This document shows, in pieces, positions 7,488-14,852 of a stretch of 32,000 nt of DNA. The stretch lies in the NCBI RefSeq assembly GCF_000025945.1, contig NC_006138.1:1050001-1082000 (forward strand), given 5' to 3'. Source of the stretch: Desulfotalea psychrophila LSv54 (GTDB lineage: Bacteria; Desulfobacterota; Desulfobulbia; Desulfobulbales; Desulfocapsaceae). Each line of letters opens with the position of its first letter. Position 1 is the first letter of the stretch. A program made the translations under genes and the position numbers. The notes beneath the pieces are model-generated. The model was given only the letters and a program-made list of their open reading frames with translations, was not told the DNA's origin and made no database searches.

Positions 7488-8669
7488 CTAGAGAGCGGCC
7501 CTGTAAATTTCTTTTACGTCGCTGTCTCTGAGACAGCGTGGATTGGTCAGGCCACAGATATCTTTCTGGGCATTTACCGTCATGATATCGATGTCTTTTT
7601 CCTCAACATCTTTACCATAACGTCTGCCCAGCTCAACAAGCCCTGCTGGTATGCCAACATCCTGAGAGAGCTGTTCTATGGACTCAATGGCAAGTTCTGC
7701 CGCATCACGCTGAGAGAGTCCTTTGATATCTTCGCCCAGCAGTTCTGCAATTTTTGCATAACGCGCGACCTTGGCAATCAGGTTAAAGCGACTTACATGG
7801 GGGAGGAGGATGGCGTTACATTCACCATGGGGTAGATCGTAGAAACCGCCAAGCTGATGGGCCATGGCGTGTACGTGGCCAAGGCTTGCATTGTTGAAGG
7901 CCATGCCGCCAAGGTATTGGGCGTAGCACATACCCTCCCGCGCATTGATGTCGCTGCCATTGGCGACGGCTGGGCGGAGGTGTTGAGAAATGAGTTGGAT
8001 AGATTTCTCTGCAGCGGAGTCGGTCAGTGGGGTTGCCGCAGTTGATACATAGGCTTCAACTGAGTGAGTAAGGGCATCCATGCCGGTGGCTGCGGTAAGT
8101 GCTGGTGGCATTCCCATCATCAGCATTGGATCATCAAGGGCGATACCCGGGGTTACTCGCCAATCGGCGATGGCCATCTTTACCCTACGGCGGGTATCGG
8201 TGATAACAGCAAATCTAGTCATCTCAGATGCTGTGCCTGCCGTGGTGTTTACGGCAATATAGGGTGGCATTGGCTTGGTGGCTTTATCCACTCCCTCATA
8301 ATCATTAATTCTACCGCCGTTGGCAACAACAAGGCCAATTCCCTTACCACAATCGTGGGATGAACCACCCCCAAGGGTGATAAGACTATCACAACCATTT
8401 CTCTTGTATACATCTATGCCTTCATGGACATTAATGTCTGTTGGATTGGGAACAGTCTTATCATATATCGCATATTCCATTCCTGCTCCGTCACAGAGAT
8501 CAGTGATCTGTTTGGTGATGCCAGCGCCTGTGATGCCCTTATCGGTGACGATGAGGGGCTTTCTGCCACCAAGTGACTGTATGCGTGCAGGGATTTCCCG
8601 GGCAGCACCAATGCCGATAAGAGTCACACTTGGAATGAAAAAACCGTATACTTGCTCTTGAATAGCCAT
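7488..8669 (-). CDS. NAD-dependent iron-containing alcohol dehydrogenase, AdhB/ADH-II type (tandem copy 1)
   Basis: 393 aa. It has GGGSSHDCGK (NAD binding), NTTAGTASEMTRF, metal ligands in GMDALTHSVEAY and HVHAMAHQLGGFYDLPHG, and a C-terminal GLTNPR. It is colinear with Zymomonas ADH II (from memory). SD GAGGA precedes ATG 8669. Confidence 0.93.
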   Translation of the reverse strand: MAIQEQVYGFFIPSVTLIGIGAAREIPARIQSLGGRKPLIVTDKGITGAGITKQITDLCDGAGMEYAIYDKTVPNPTDINVHEGIDVYKRNGCDSLITLGGGSSHDCGKGIGLVVANGGRINDYEGVDKATKPMPPYIAVNTTAGTASEMTRFAVITDTRRRVKMAIADWRVTPGIALDDPMLMMGMPPALTAATGMDALTHSVEAYVSTAATPLTDSAAEKSIQLISQHLRPAVANGSDINAREGMCYAQYLGGMAFNNASLGHVHAMAHQLGGFYDLPHGECNAILLPHVSRFNLIAKVARYAKIAELLGEDIKGLSQRDAAELAIESIEQLSQDVGIPAGLVELGRRYGKDVEEKDIDIMTVNAQKDICGLTNPRCLRDSDVKEIYRAAL

Positions 8670-8728
8670 GATAGTCCTCGCTTATGTGGTTTAGTTGCAC
8701 AGCATGTGTCGATCCATATCTTTGTTAT

Positions 8729-8744
8729 AGCAAGTGCTGTGCCA
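8729..8744 (-). promoter_or_regulatory. sigma-54 (-24/-12) promoter of adh copy 1
   Basis: The minus strand reads TGGCACAGCACTTGCT, a perfect TGGCAC-N5-TTGCW. It lies 60 nt upstream of ATG 8669. Confidence 0.75.
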
Positions 8745-8901
8745 GAATGTTTTTTGCTATTATTACATAAGCTTGGGATGGTTTGCCGCTTTGTACGAGG
8801 GACAATTTTTCCTGCACCTCTGTTTCATGGGAGTGAGGAGGGGAGTGGAAGGAGGGTTTTTGTAAGTTAATATTACGTTAATACAGCTGGTTAGCTGGCC
8901 G

Positions 8902-8949
8902 TGGGGCAGAATGGCCCATAGAAGAATTAAAATGGGGCATTATGTCTCC
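8902..8949 (-). promoter_or_regulatory. paired 17-bp dyads (candidate enhancer/UAS for the adjacent NtrC-type activator), copy 1
   Basis: TGGGGCAGAATGGCCCA (8902..8918) and TGGGGCATTATGTCTCC (8933..8949) are 31 bp centre to centre. They begin 158 bp upstream of the -24 element. The same architecture is seen at 10546..10593 and 12208..12255. Confidence 0.5.
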
Positions 8950-9023
8950 CCTATTTCGTTAGGATAGCCGTTTGTAGCCCTGTGAGGTTTTGTCCCGGGG
9001 GAGCAGTCGCTTGGCCTATGGCA

Positions 9024-9057
9024 ATAAAAAAAGGCCAGATCACTAGGTGATCTGGCC
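9024..9057 (-). terminator. rho-independent terminator of adh copy 2
   Basis: The minus-strand transcript has stem GGCCAGATCAC / GTGATCTGGCC (9033..9043 / 9047..9057) with a 3-nt loop. It is followed by TTTTTTTATT. Confidence 0.75.
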
Positions 9058-9106
9058 TTTCTGGGGAGGATTACTCCTCTGGCAAACTCTGAGATGGATC
9101 GTGCCC

Positions 9107-10288
9107 CTAGAGAGCAGCTTTATATATATTTTTTACATCGATATCTCTAAGGATACGTGGATTGGTAAGGCCACAGGCATCTTTTTGGGCATTAGCTGTC
9201 ATGGTGTCGATGTCTTCTGCTTCTACATCTTTGCCATAACGTCTGCCTAGCTCTTTAAGGCCAGATGGAATACCAACATCTTTAGAAAGTTGCTCTATGG
9301 ATTGAATGGCAAGCTCTGCCGCATCACGTTCTGAAAGTCCAGCGACATCTTCACCCAGTAATTCTGCAATTTTTGCATAACGTCCAACCTTGGCAATAAG
9401 GTTAAAGCGACTCACATGGGGAAGGAGGATGGCATTACACTCGCCATGGGGCAGGTCGTAGAAACCGCCAAGCTGATGAGCCATAGCATGAACGTGACCA
9501 AGACTTGCATTGTTGAATGCCATGCCGCCAAGGTACTGGGCGTAGCACATGCCCTCTCGTGCATCAATGTCACTGCCATTAGCAACGGCAGGACGAAGAT
9601 GTTGGGAGATGAGTTGAATAGATTTTTCTGCAGCAGAGTCGGTAAGTGGGGTAGCTGCAGTAGAAACATAGGCTTCAATTGAGTGAGTGAGTGCGTCCAT
9701 ACCAGTGGCTGCGGTAAGTGCAGGTGGCATTCCCATCATTAACATTGGATCATCGAGGGCGATACCTGGAGTTACTCGCCAATCAACGATGGCCATTTTT
9801 ACCTTACGGCTGGTATCGGTGATGATACAGAAACGAGTCATCTCAGAGGCTGTACCTGCTGTGGTGTTTACTGCAATATAAGGAGGCATTGCCTGGGTAG
9901 ACTGATCTACTCCTTCGTAATCATGAATGGTGCCACCGTTGGCAATAACAAGGCCAATGCCTTTGCCGCAATCGTGGGATGAACCACCGCCAAGGGTGAT
10001 AAGACTATCACACTCACCATCTTTATATGCCTGTTCACCTTCAGCAACATTGAGATCGGTTGGATTGGGGATAGTCTTGTCATATATTACGTATGTCATT
10101 CCTGCCGCATCACAGAGATCGGTGATCTGCTTGGTGATTCCAGCGCCAGTAATTCCTTTATCAGTAACAATGAGAGGCTTTTTTCCACCAAGTGACTGGA
10201 GGCGTGCAGGGATTTCTTTAGCAGCGCCAATACCGATAAGAGTTACGCTTGGGATAAAAAAACCGTTTACTTGTTCACGAATAGCCAT
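9107..10288 (-). CDS. NAD-dependent iron-containing alcohol dehydrogenase, AdhB/ADH-II type (tandem copy 2)
   Basis: 393 aa, same length and motifs as copy 1. SD GAGGAG precedes ATG 10288. Confidence 0.93.
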   Translation of the reverse strand: MAIREQVNGFFIPSVTLIGIGAAKEIPARLQSLGGKKPLIVTDKGITGAGITKQITDLCDAAGMTYVIYDKTIPNPTDLNVAEGEQAYKDGECDSLITLGGGSSHDCGKGIGLVIANGGTIHDYEGVDQSTQAMPPYIAVNTTAGTASEMTRFCIITDTSRKVKMAIVDWRVTPGIALDDPMLMMGMPPALTAATGMDALTHSIEAYVSTAATPLTDSAAEKSIQLISQHLRPAVANGSDIDAREGMCYAQYLGGMAFNNASLGHVHAMAHQLGGFYDLPHGECNAILLPHVSRFNLIAKVGRYAKIAELLGEDVAGLSERDAAELAIQSIEQLSKDVGIPSGLKELGRRYGKDVEAEDIDTMTANAQKDACGLTNPRILRDIDVKNIYKAAL

Positions 10289-10372
10289 GATTTCTCCTCA
10301 CTTGTCTGGTTTGTATTTGTATGACATGTATTGATATATGCCATTACACATATTGATATATGTCTTTTTTAA

Positions 10373-10388
10373 AGCAATAGGCATGCCA
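10373..10388 (-). promoter_or_regulatory. sigma-54 (-24/-12) promoter of adh copy 2
   Basis: The minus strand reads TGGCATGCCTATTGCT, with GG and GC in the canonical register. It lies 85 nt upstream of ATG 10288. Confidence 0.7.
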
Positions 10389-10545
10389 GTTTGTGTTTGT
10401 GCCTTATTTCCGATGGATGGGGTGATGGAGCGTTTTGTGGGGGGAACGTTTTTGTCCCTTGGGGTGAGAAAAATTAGTTGATATTAATTTATGACAAAAA
10501 GATGTAGTTCGTTTTGTTGCGATTAATTGATGGCTTAGGTCGGTG

Positions 10546-10593
10546 TGGGACAAAAAGTCCCAGTGTGAATTCTAAATGGGGCATTTTGTCTCT
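10546..10593 (-). promoter_or_regulatory. paired 17-bp dyads (candidate UAS), copy 2
   Basis: TGGGACAAAAAGTCCCA (10546..10562, a perfect palindrome) and TGGGGCATTTTGTCTCT (10577..10593) are 31 bp centre to centre. They begin 158 bp upstream of the -24 element. Confidence 0.5.
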
Positions 10594-10699
10594 TCGCTTT
10601 TGTTGCTTTTCTCGTTGCTGCTTGAGACCTGCTTTATAGGAAGCTAACTGTTGATGAGCTGTTCTGATAATTGGCTGATTTTTTCTATTGGCGTAGGAC

Positions 10700-10732
10700 A
10701 AAAAAAAACCAGATCACCTCAGGTGATCTGGT
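10700..10732 (-). terminator. rho-independent terminator of adh copy 3
   Basis: The minus-strand transcript has stem ACCAGATCAC / GTGATCTGGT followed by T9. The stem core CCAGATCAC is shared with the copy-2 terminator. Confidence 0.7.
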
Positions 10733-10776
10733 CCTCTAAGAGAGATGCCTCTCTTGTAAGTTCTCTGTTTTGCTTT

Positions 10777-11958
10777 CTAGAGAGCAGCCTTGTAAATTGC
10801 TTTTACATCAGCATCTCTGAGGCCACGTGGATTGGTAAGGCCACAGGCATCTTTTTGGGCATTCGCTGTCATGATATCGATGTCTTTCTCTTCTACATCC
10901 TTGCCATAACGTCTGCCTAATTCCTTAAGGCCTGCTGGAATACCAACATCCTGGGCGAGCTGTTCTATGGATTGGATGGCAAGCTCTGCCGCATCACGCT
11001 GTGAAAGTCCGGTGATATCTTCGCCCAACAGTTCTGCAATTTTTGCATAACGTCCAACCTTGGCAATAAGGTTAAAGCGACTTACGTGGGGAAGGAGGAT
11101 TGCATTACATTCGCCATGGGGCAGGTCGTAGAAACCGCCAAGCTGATGAGCCATAGCATGGACGTGACCAAGACTTGCATTGTTGAATGCCATACCGCCA
11201 AGGTACTGGGCGTAGCACATACCCTCTCGGGCGTTGATGTCACTGCCATTGGCAACGGCAGGGCGAAGATGTTGGGCAATGAGCTGAATTGATTTTTCTG
11301 CAGCGGAGTCGGTAAGTGGGGTGGCCGCAGTTGAAACATAGGCTTCAATTGAGTGAGTAAGAGCGTCCATACCTGTGGCTGCGGTAAGTGCTGGTGGCAT
11401 TCCCATCATTAACATTGGATCATCGAGGGCGATACCCGGGGTTACTCGCCAGTCAACGATGGCCATTTTTACCTTACGGCTGGTATCGGTGATGATACAG
11501 AAACGGGTCATTTCAGAGGCTGTGCCTGCAGTGGTGTTTACGGCAATATATGGAGGCATTGGCTTGGTGGATTGATCTACCCCCTCGTAGTCATGAATCT
11601 TGCCACCGTTGGCAATAACAAGGCCGACGCCTTTACCACAATCATGGGATGAACCGCCACCGAGGGTAATAAGACTATCACAACCATTTTTGCTATAGGC
11701 CTCTACACCGTGAGCAACATTAATATCGGTTGGATTTGGAATAGTCTCATCGTATACAGCATATTCCATTTTTGCCGCATCACAGAGATCGGTGATCTGT
11801 TTGGTGATTCCAGCGCCTGTAATGCCTTTGTCTGTTACAATCAGAGGCTTTTTGCCACCAAGTGATTGGAGGCGGGCAGGGATTTCTTTAGCAGCGCCAA
11901 TGCCGATAAGAGTTACACTGGGAATGAAATAACCGTATACTTGCTCTCGAATAGCCAT
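10777..11958 (-). CDS. NAD-dependent iron-containing alcohol dehydrogenase, AdhB/ADH-II type (tandem copy 3)
   Basis: Starting at ATG 11958 (MAIREQVYGYF, after GAGGA) gives 393 aa, as in copies 1 and 2. The 12 extra N-terminal codons of the ORF track have no counterpart in the paralogs. Confidence 0.93.
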   Translation of the reverse strand: MAIREQVYGYFIPSVTLIGIGAAKEIPARLQSLGGKKPLIVTDKGITGAGITKQITDLCDAAKMEYAVYDETIPNPTDINVAHGVEAYSKNGCDSLITLGGGSSHDCGKGVGLVIANGGKIHDYEGVDQSTKPMPPYIAVNTTAGTASEMTRFCIITDTSRKVKMAIVDWRVTPGIALDDPMLMMGMPPALTAATGMDALTHSIEAYVSTAATPLTDSAAEKSIQLIAQHLRPAVANGSDINAREGMCYAQYLGGMAFNNASLGHVHAMAHQLGGFYDLPHGECNAILLPHVSRFNLIAKVGRYAKIAELLGEDITGLSQRDAAELAIQSIEQLAQDVGIPAGLKELGRRYGKDVEEKDIDIMTANAQKDACGLTNPRGLRDADVKAIYKAAL

Positions 11959-12022
11959 GAATTTTTTCCTCATTTGTATGGGTTGTCTGTGCATTATACG
12001 TCTTGCTACATGTCTTTATACA

Positions 12023-12038
12023 AGCAAGAGACATGCCA
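12023..12038 (-). promoter_or_regulatory. sigma-54 (-24/-12) promoter of adh copy 3
   Basis: The minus strand reads TGGCATGTCTCTTGCT. It lies 65 nt upstream of ATG 11958. Confidence 0.7.
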
Positions 12039-12207
12039 CTTTCTTTTTTGTGTATAGGACAGGGTCTTGTCCATATGGCCATTTTTAGGAGGGGACATTT
12101 TGCCTTCCATTTTGATTTATGGGAGGAAGAGATGTGAGGAAATGTCGAGTCTTGTTGAGTAGTAGTGTTGGTGTTTTGTTTGAGATTACAGTATGTTGTC
12201 CTGTAGG

Positions 12208-12255
12208 TGGGGCAGAATAACCCACGGATGAACCTTAATGGGACATTTTGTCTCC
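12208..12255 (-). promoter_or_regulatory. paired 17-bp dyads (candidate UAS), copy 3
   Basis: TGGGGCAGAATAACCCA (12208..12224) and TGGGACATTTTGTCTCC (12239..12255) are 31 bp centre to centre. They begin 170 bp upstream of the -24 element and about 50 bp downstream of the activator gene's stop codon. Confidence 0.5.
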
Positions 12256-12307
12256 CCTTTTTGTTCTATTATACAGAAAGAGGGGGAGACGTCTGGCTTA
12301 GCTTTGC

Positions 12308-13639
12308 CTATTCGATATTAAATTTTGCCAATTTTCTATAGAGTGTCTTTCTGCTGATGCCGAGCATCTCTGAGGTCTTCTGCCGATTTCCCTGGTGGAA
12401 GTTGAGAATTTTGAGGATGTGTTCCCGTTCGATGGATTCAAGGGATAAATTTGGCACCTCTTTTGCGTCACCGAGGAGCTCGGTTGGCAGGCAACGAATG
12501 GTGATTAGGTCGTTTTCTGCCAGGATGGTGGCGCGCTCTATAACATTTCGTAACTCACGGACATTGCCTGGCCAGTTGTGGGCAAGGATGGTGCTCATGG
12601 CGCTATCATCAATAATATAGTGGCGGCCCTTCTGGGTGAGACGGGTAAGAAAAAAATCAACGAGCAGAGGCAGGTCCTCTTTGCGTTCGCGAAGGGGGGG
12701 GACATGGATTTGAAAGGCATTGATTCTATTGCGAAAGGCCTCGTTAAATCGTTCTTCTCCTTCGCTCTCTAGTAGGTCTCGGTTAGTGGCAAAGATAAAA
12801 CGAACATCTACTTGATGTTCTAGCTTTTCTCCTACCCCGCGATAGCGTTGAGTTTCAAGCACTCGAAGCAGGGAGGCCTGAACGGCCAGAGGAAGTTCGC
12901 CAATCTCATCGAGGAAGAGGGTGCCTTTATCGGCATGGGCCAAGAGGCCATCGTGGGCAGAATCGGCACCGGTAAAGGCCCCCTTTGCATAGCCGAAGAG
13001 TTCACTGCGGGAGAGTTCCTTCTGTATCGTTGCACAATTTTTTATCACTATCTCTCTGTCTGCCCTAGTGGATTTTTGATGAATAAGCTGGGCAATAACG
13101 TCTTTTCCCACCCCGGATTCTCCGGTAAGGAGGACAGATATTTGGGCCGGGGCGACCTTGTCTACCAGAAAACGGATTTCCTGAATAGCCGGAGAATCGC
13201 CAATAAACTGTACAGGGGTTTTCCCTGCCAATTTAACCATCTTCTCCTGGGCAGCCCGTGATAATTGGGTTCGCAGATGAGCTTTTTTTATCAGGAGGTC
13301 AAGCTTGTCGAGATCAAAGGGCTTTTGGATGAAATCGCAGATGCCGAATTTCATGGCCTTGACGGCTGTATCGACATCTCCGTGGCCGGAAATCATGATT
13401 ATCTGGGCATGGCTAATCTGTTCTTTCATTTGGACTAGAAGGTCGAGCCCCTCAACATCGGGAAGACGTAGGTCCATAATGATAACATCAATCTGATTTT
13501 GACTTGCCAGTTCGAGAGCTTCCTTGCCACATTCGGCGAGGAGGATCTTGCGTTCAGGGGAACGGAGTTCCTTCTCGAGGAGTCTGCGGATGCTTCTCTC
13601 ATCATCGATGACGAGGATGGAGTATTCTTGTTCATTCAT
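12308..13639 (-). CDS. sigma-54-dependent response regulator (NtrC family: REC + AAA+ + Fis-type HTH)
   Basis: REC domain (VIIMDLRLPD). Walker A GESGVGKD, GAFTGA loop (GYAKGAFTGA), Walker B LFLDEIGEL. C-terminal HTH KTSEMLGISRKTLYRKL. Its ATG overlaps the kinase stop (TAATG at 13637..13641). Confidence 0.92.
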   Translation of the reverse strand: MNEQEYSILVIDDERSIRRLLEKELRSPERKILLAECGKEALELASQNQIDVIIMDLRLPDVEGLDLLVQMKEQISHAQIIMISGHGDVDTAVKAMKFGICDFIQKPFDLDKLDLLIKKAHLRTQLSRAAQEKMVKLAGKTPVQFIGDSPAIQEIRFLVDKVAPAQISVLLTGESGVGKDVIAQLIHQKSTRADREIVIKNCATIQKELSRSELFGYAKGAFTGADSAHDGLLAHADKGTLFLDEIGELPLAVQASLLRVLETQRYRGVGEKLEHQVDVRFIFATNRDLLESEGEERFNEAFRNRINAFQIHVPPLRERKEDLPLLVDFFLTRLTQKGRHYIIDDSAMSTILAHNWPGNVRELRNVIERATILAENDLITIRCLPTELLGDAKEVPNLSLESIEREHILKILNFHQGNRQKTSEMLGISRKTLYRKLAKFNIE

Positions 13640-14850
13640 TACAAAATAGCCTCCGGTAATAAGACAGTAAAAGAGGCGCCTTTTTCTTGGTTATTTAAAG
13701 CAGTTATTGTGCCTTGGTGATTACTGACAATGCCGTAACAGGTAGAGAGGCCAATACCGGTGCCCTGGCCAACCTGTTTGGTGGTGAAAAAGGGGTCAAA
13801 TATTTTTTCCAGAATCTCTTCTGCAATGCCAGAGCCGGTGTCTTTAAAGATCAACTTCACTGTATTGTCCATGCCTTTGCGGGTAATAATCTCTATTTCA
13901 CCACCATCCTTCATGGCGTCAAAGGCATTAATTACCAGGTTGATAATCACCTGTTTTAGTTGGGATTCATCACCAAGAATTACCGGTAAGTTGGGGTCAA
14001 GTGTGGTTTTTACCGATATATTCTGCTGATCCTTCAGGTGATGTTGCAGGATAAAGAGAATATCACCAACGCACTGGTTGAGGCGGACTATGCTCCGGGT
14101 AGATTCAAGGGGTCTGCTAAAGGTGAGCAGGGTTTTGACAATATCTCGACAACGCAGGCATTCGGTAATGATGGTTTCTGTGTATTCATCAAAGTCTGCC
14201 ACAAGTTCATCCTCTACCCGCCCGACAAGTTTGTTTACCCGGCGTTGCAGACCTTGGGCAAAGCCACTGATAGAGGTGAGAGGGTTATTGATTTCATGGG
14301 CAATTCCCGCAGCCAGGGTGCCGACGGTGGCCATCTTTTCTGACTGGGCATATTTAACCTGATATCTTTTTTCCAGAGTCACATCTCTTTTAAAGAGAAG
14401 AACGCGACGCAATCCATTGCTATCCTTGGGCATGGGCGATGCTATCATCTCATAGTACTTAAGATGGGAGTCAATGGTGAAAGAGCAGAGATCCTTGACT
14501 ATCCGTTGCTCGGTAATTGCTAACTGGACGGGACATTCCGGACAGGGAGTTGTCCTTTTTCGCAGGATCTGATAGCAGGGGCTGCCTATTACATCGGTGT
14601 CTGGATACCATTCAGCCGCGACATGGTTTGTCTGTTGGATGATATAGTCCTCGGAAAGTACGAGCATCAGGTCGGTGATCCCATCTAGAATCAGTTGCAT
14701 CTTCTTGCGGTTTATCAGTAATTCCTGGTTGGCCTGTTCGAGCTCTTCAACCTTGTGTTGTAATGCCTTGTAAAAGCCGATCTTGCAGTGGCCAATGCCG
14801 ATGAGATCATCAAGGGTAGGGGCAGGTTTTGCGTTATTTAAACTTATCAT
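13639..14850 (-). CDS. soluble PAS-domain sensor histidine kinase
   Basis: H box AHEINNPLTSISGF, N box LVINAFDAM, G boxes KDTGSGI and GTGIGLS. An N-terminal coiled coil precedes a PAS region with a Cys cluster. No TM segment is evident. ATG 14850 lies 10 nt after AGGAGG and 2 nt after the adh4 stop. The longer ORF to 14892 overlaps adh4. Confidence 0.88.
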   Translation of the reverse strand: MISLNNAKPAPTLDDLIGIGHCKIGFYKALQHKVEELEQANQELLINRKKMQLILDGITDLMLVLSEDYIIQQTNHVAAEWYPDTDVIGSPCYQILRKRTTPCPECPVQLAITEQRIVKDLCSFTIDSHLKYYEMIASPMPKDSNGLRRVLLFKRDVTLEKRYQVKYAQSEKMATVGTLAAGIAHEINNPLTSISGFAQGLQRRVNKLVGRVEDELVADFDEYTETIITECLRCRDIVKTLLTFSRPLESTRSIVRLNQCVGDILFILQHHLKDQQNISVKTTLDPNLPVILGDESQLKQVIINLVINAFDAMKDGGEIEIITRKGMDNTVKLIFKDTGSGIAEEILEKIFDPFFTTKQVGQGTGIGLSTCYGIVSNHQGTITALNNQEKGASFTVLLPEAIL

Positions 14851-14852
14851 TG

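Noticed and set aside
7857-11575. Many 60-135-aa ORFs antisense or out of frame within the three ADH genes (for example 8320..8661, 9927..10334, 9416..9682, 11086..11292)
   Set aside because: They lie entirely inside high-confidence ADH coding sequence. They recur between copies only because the sense sequence is duplicated. None has family motifs.
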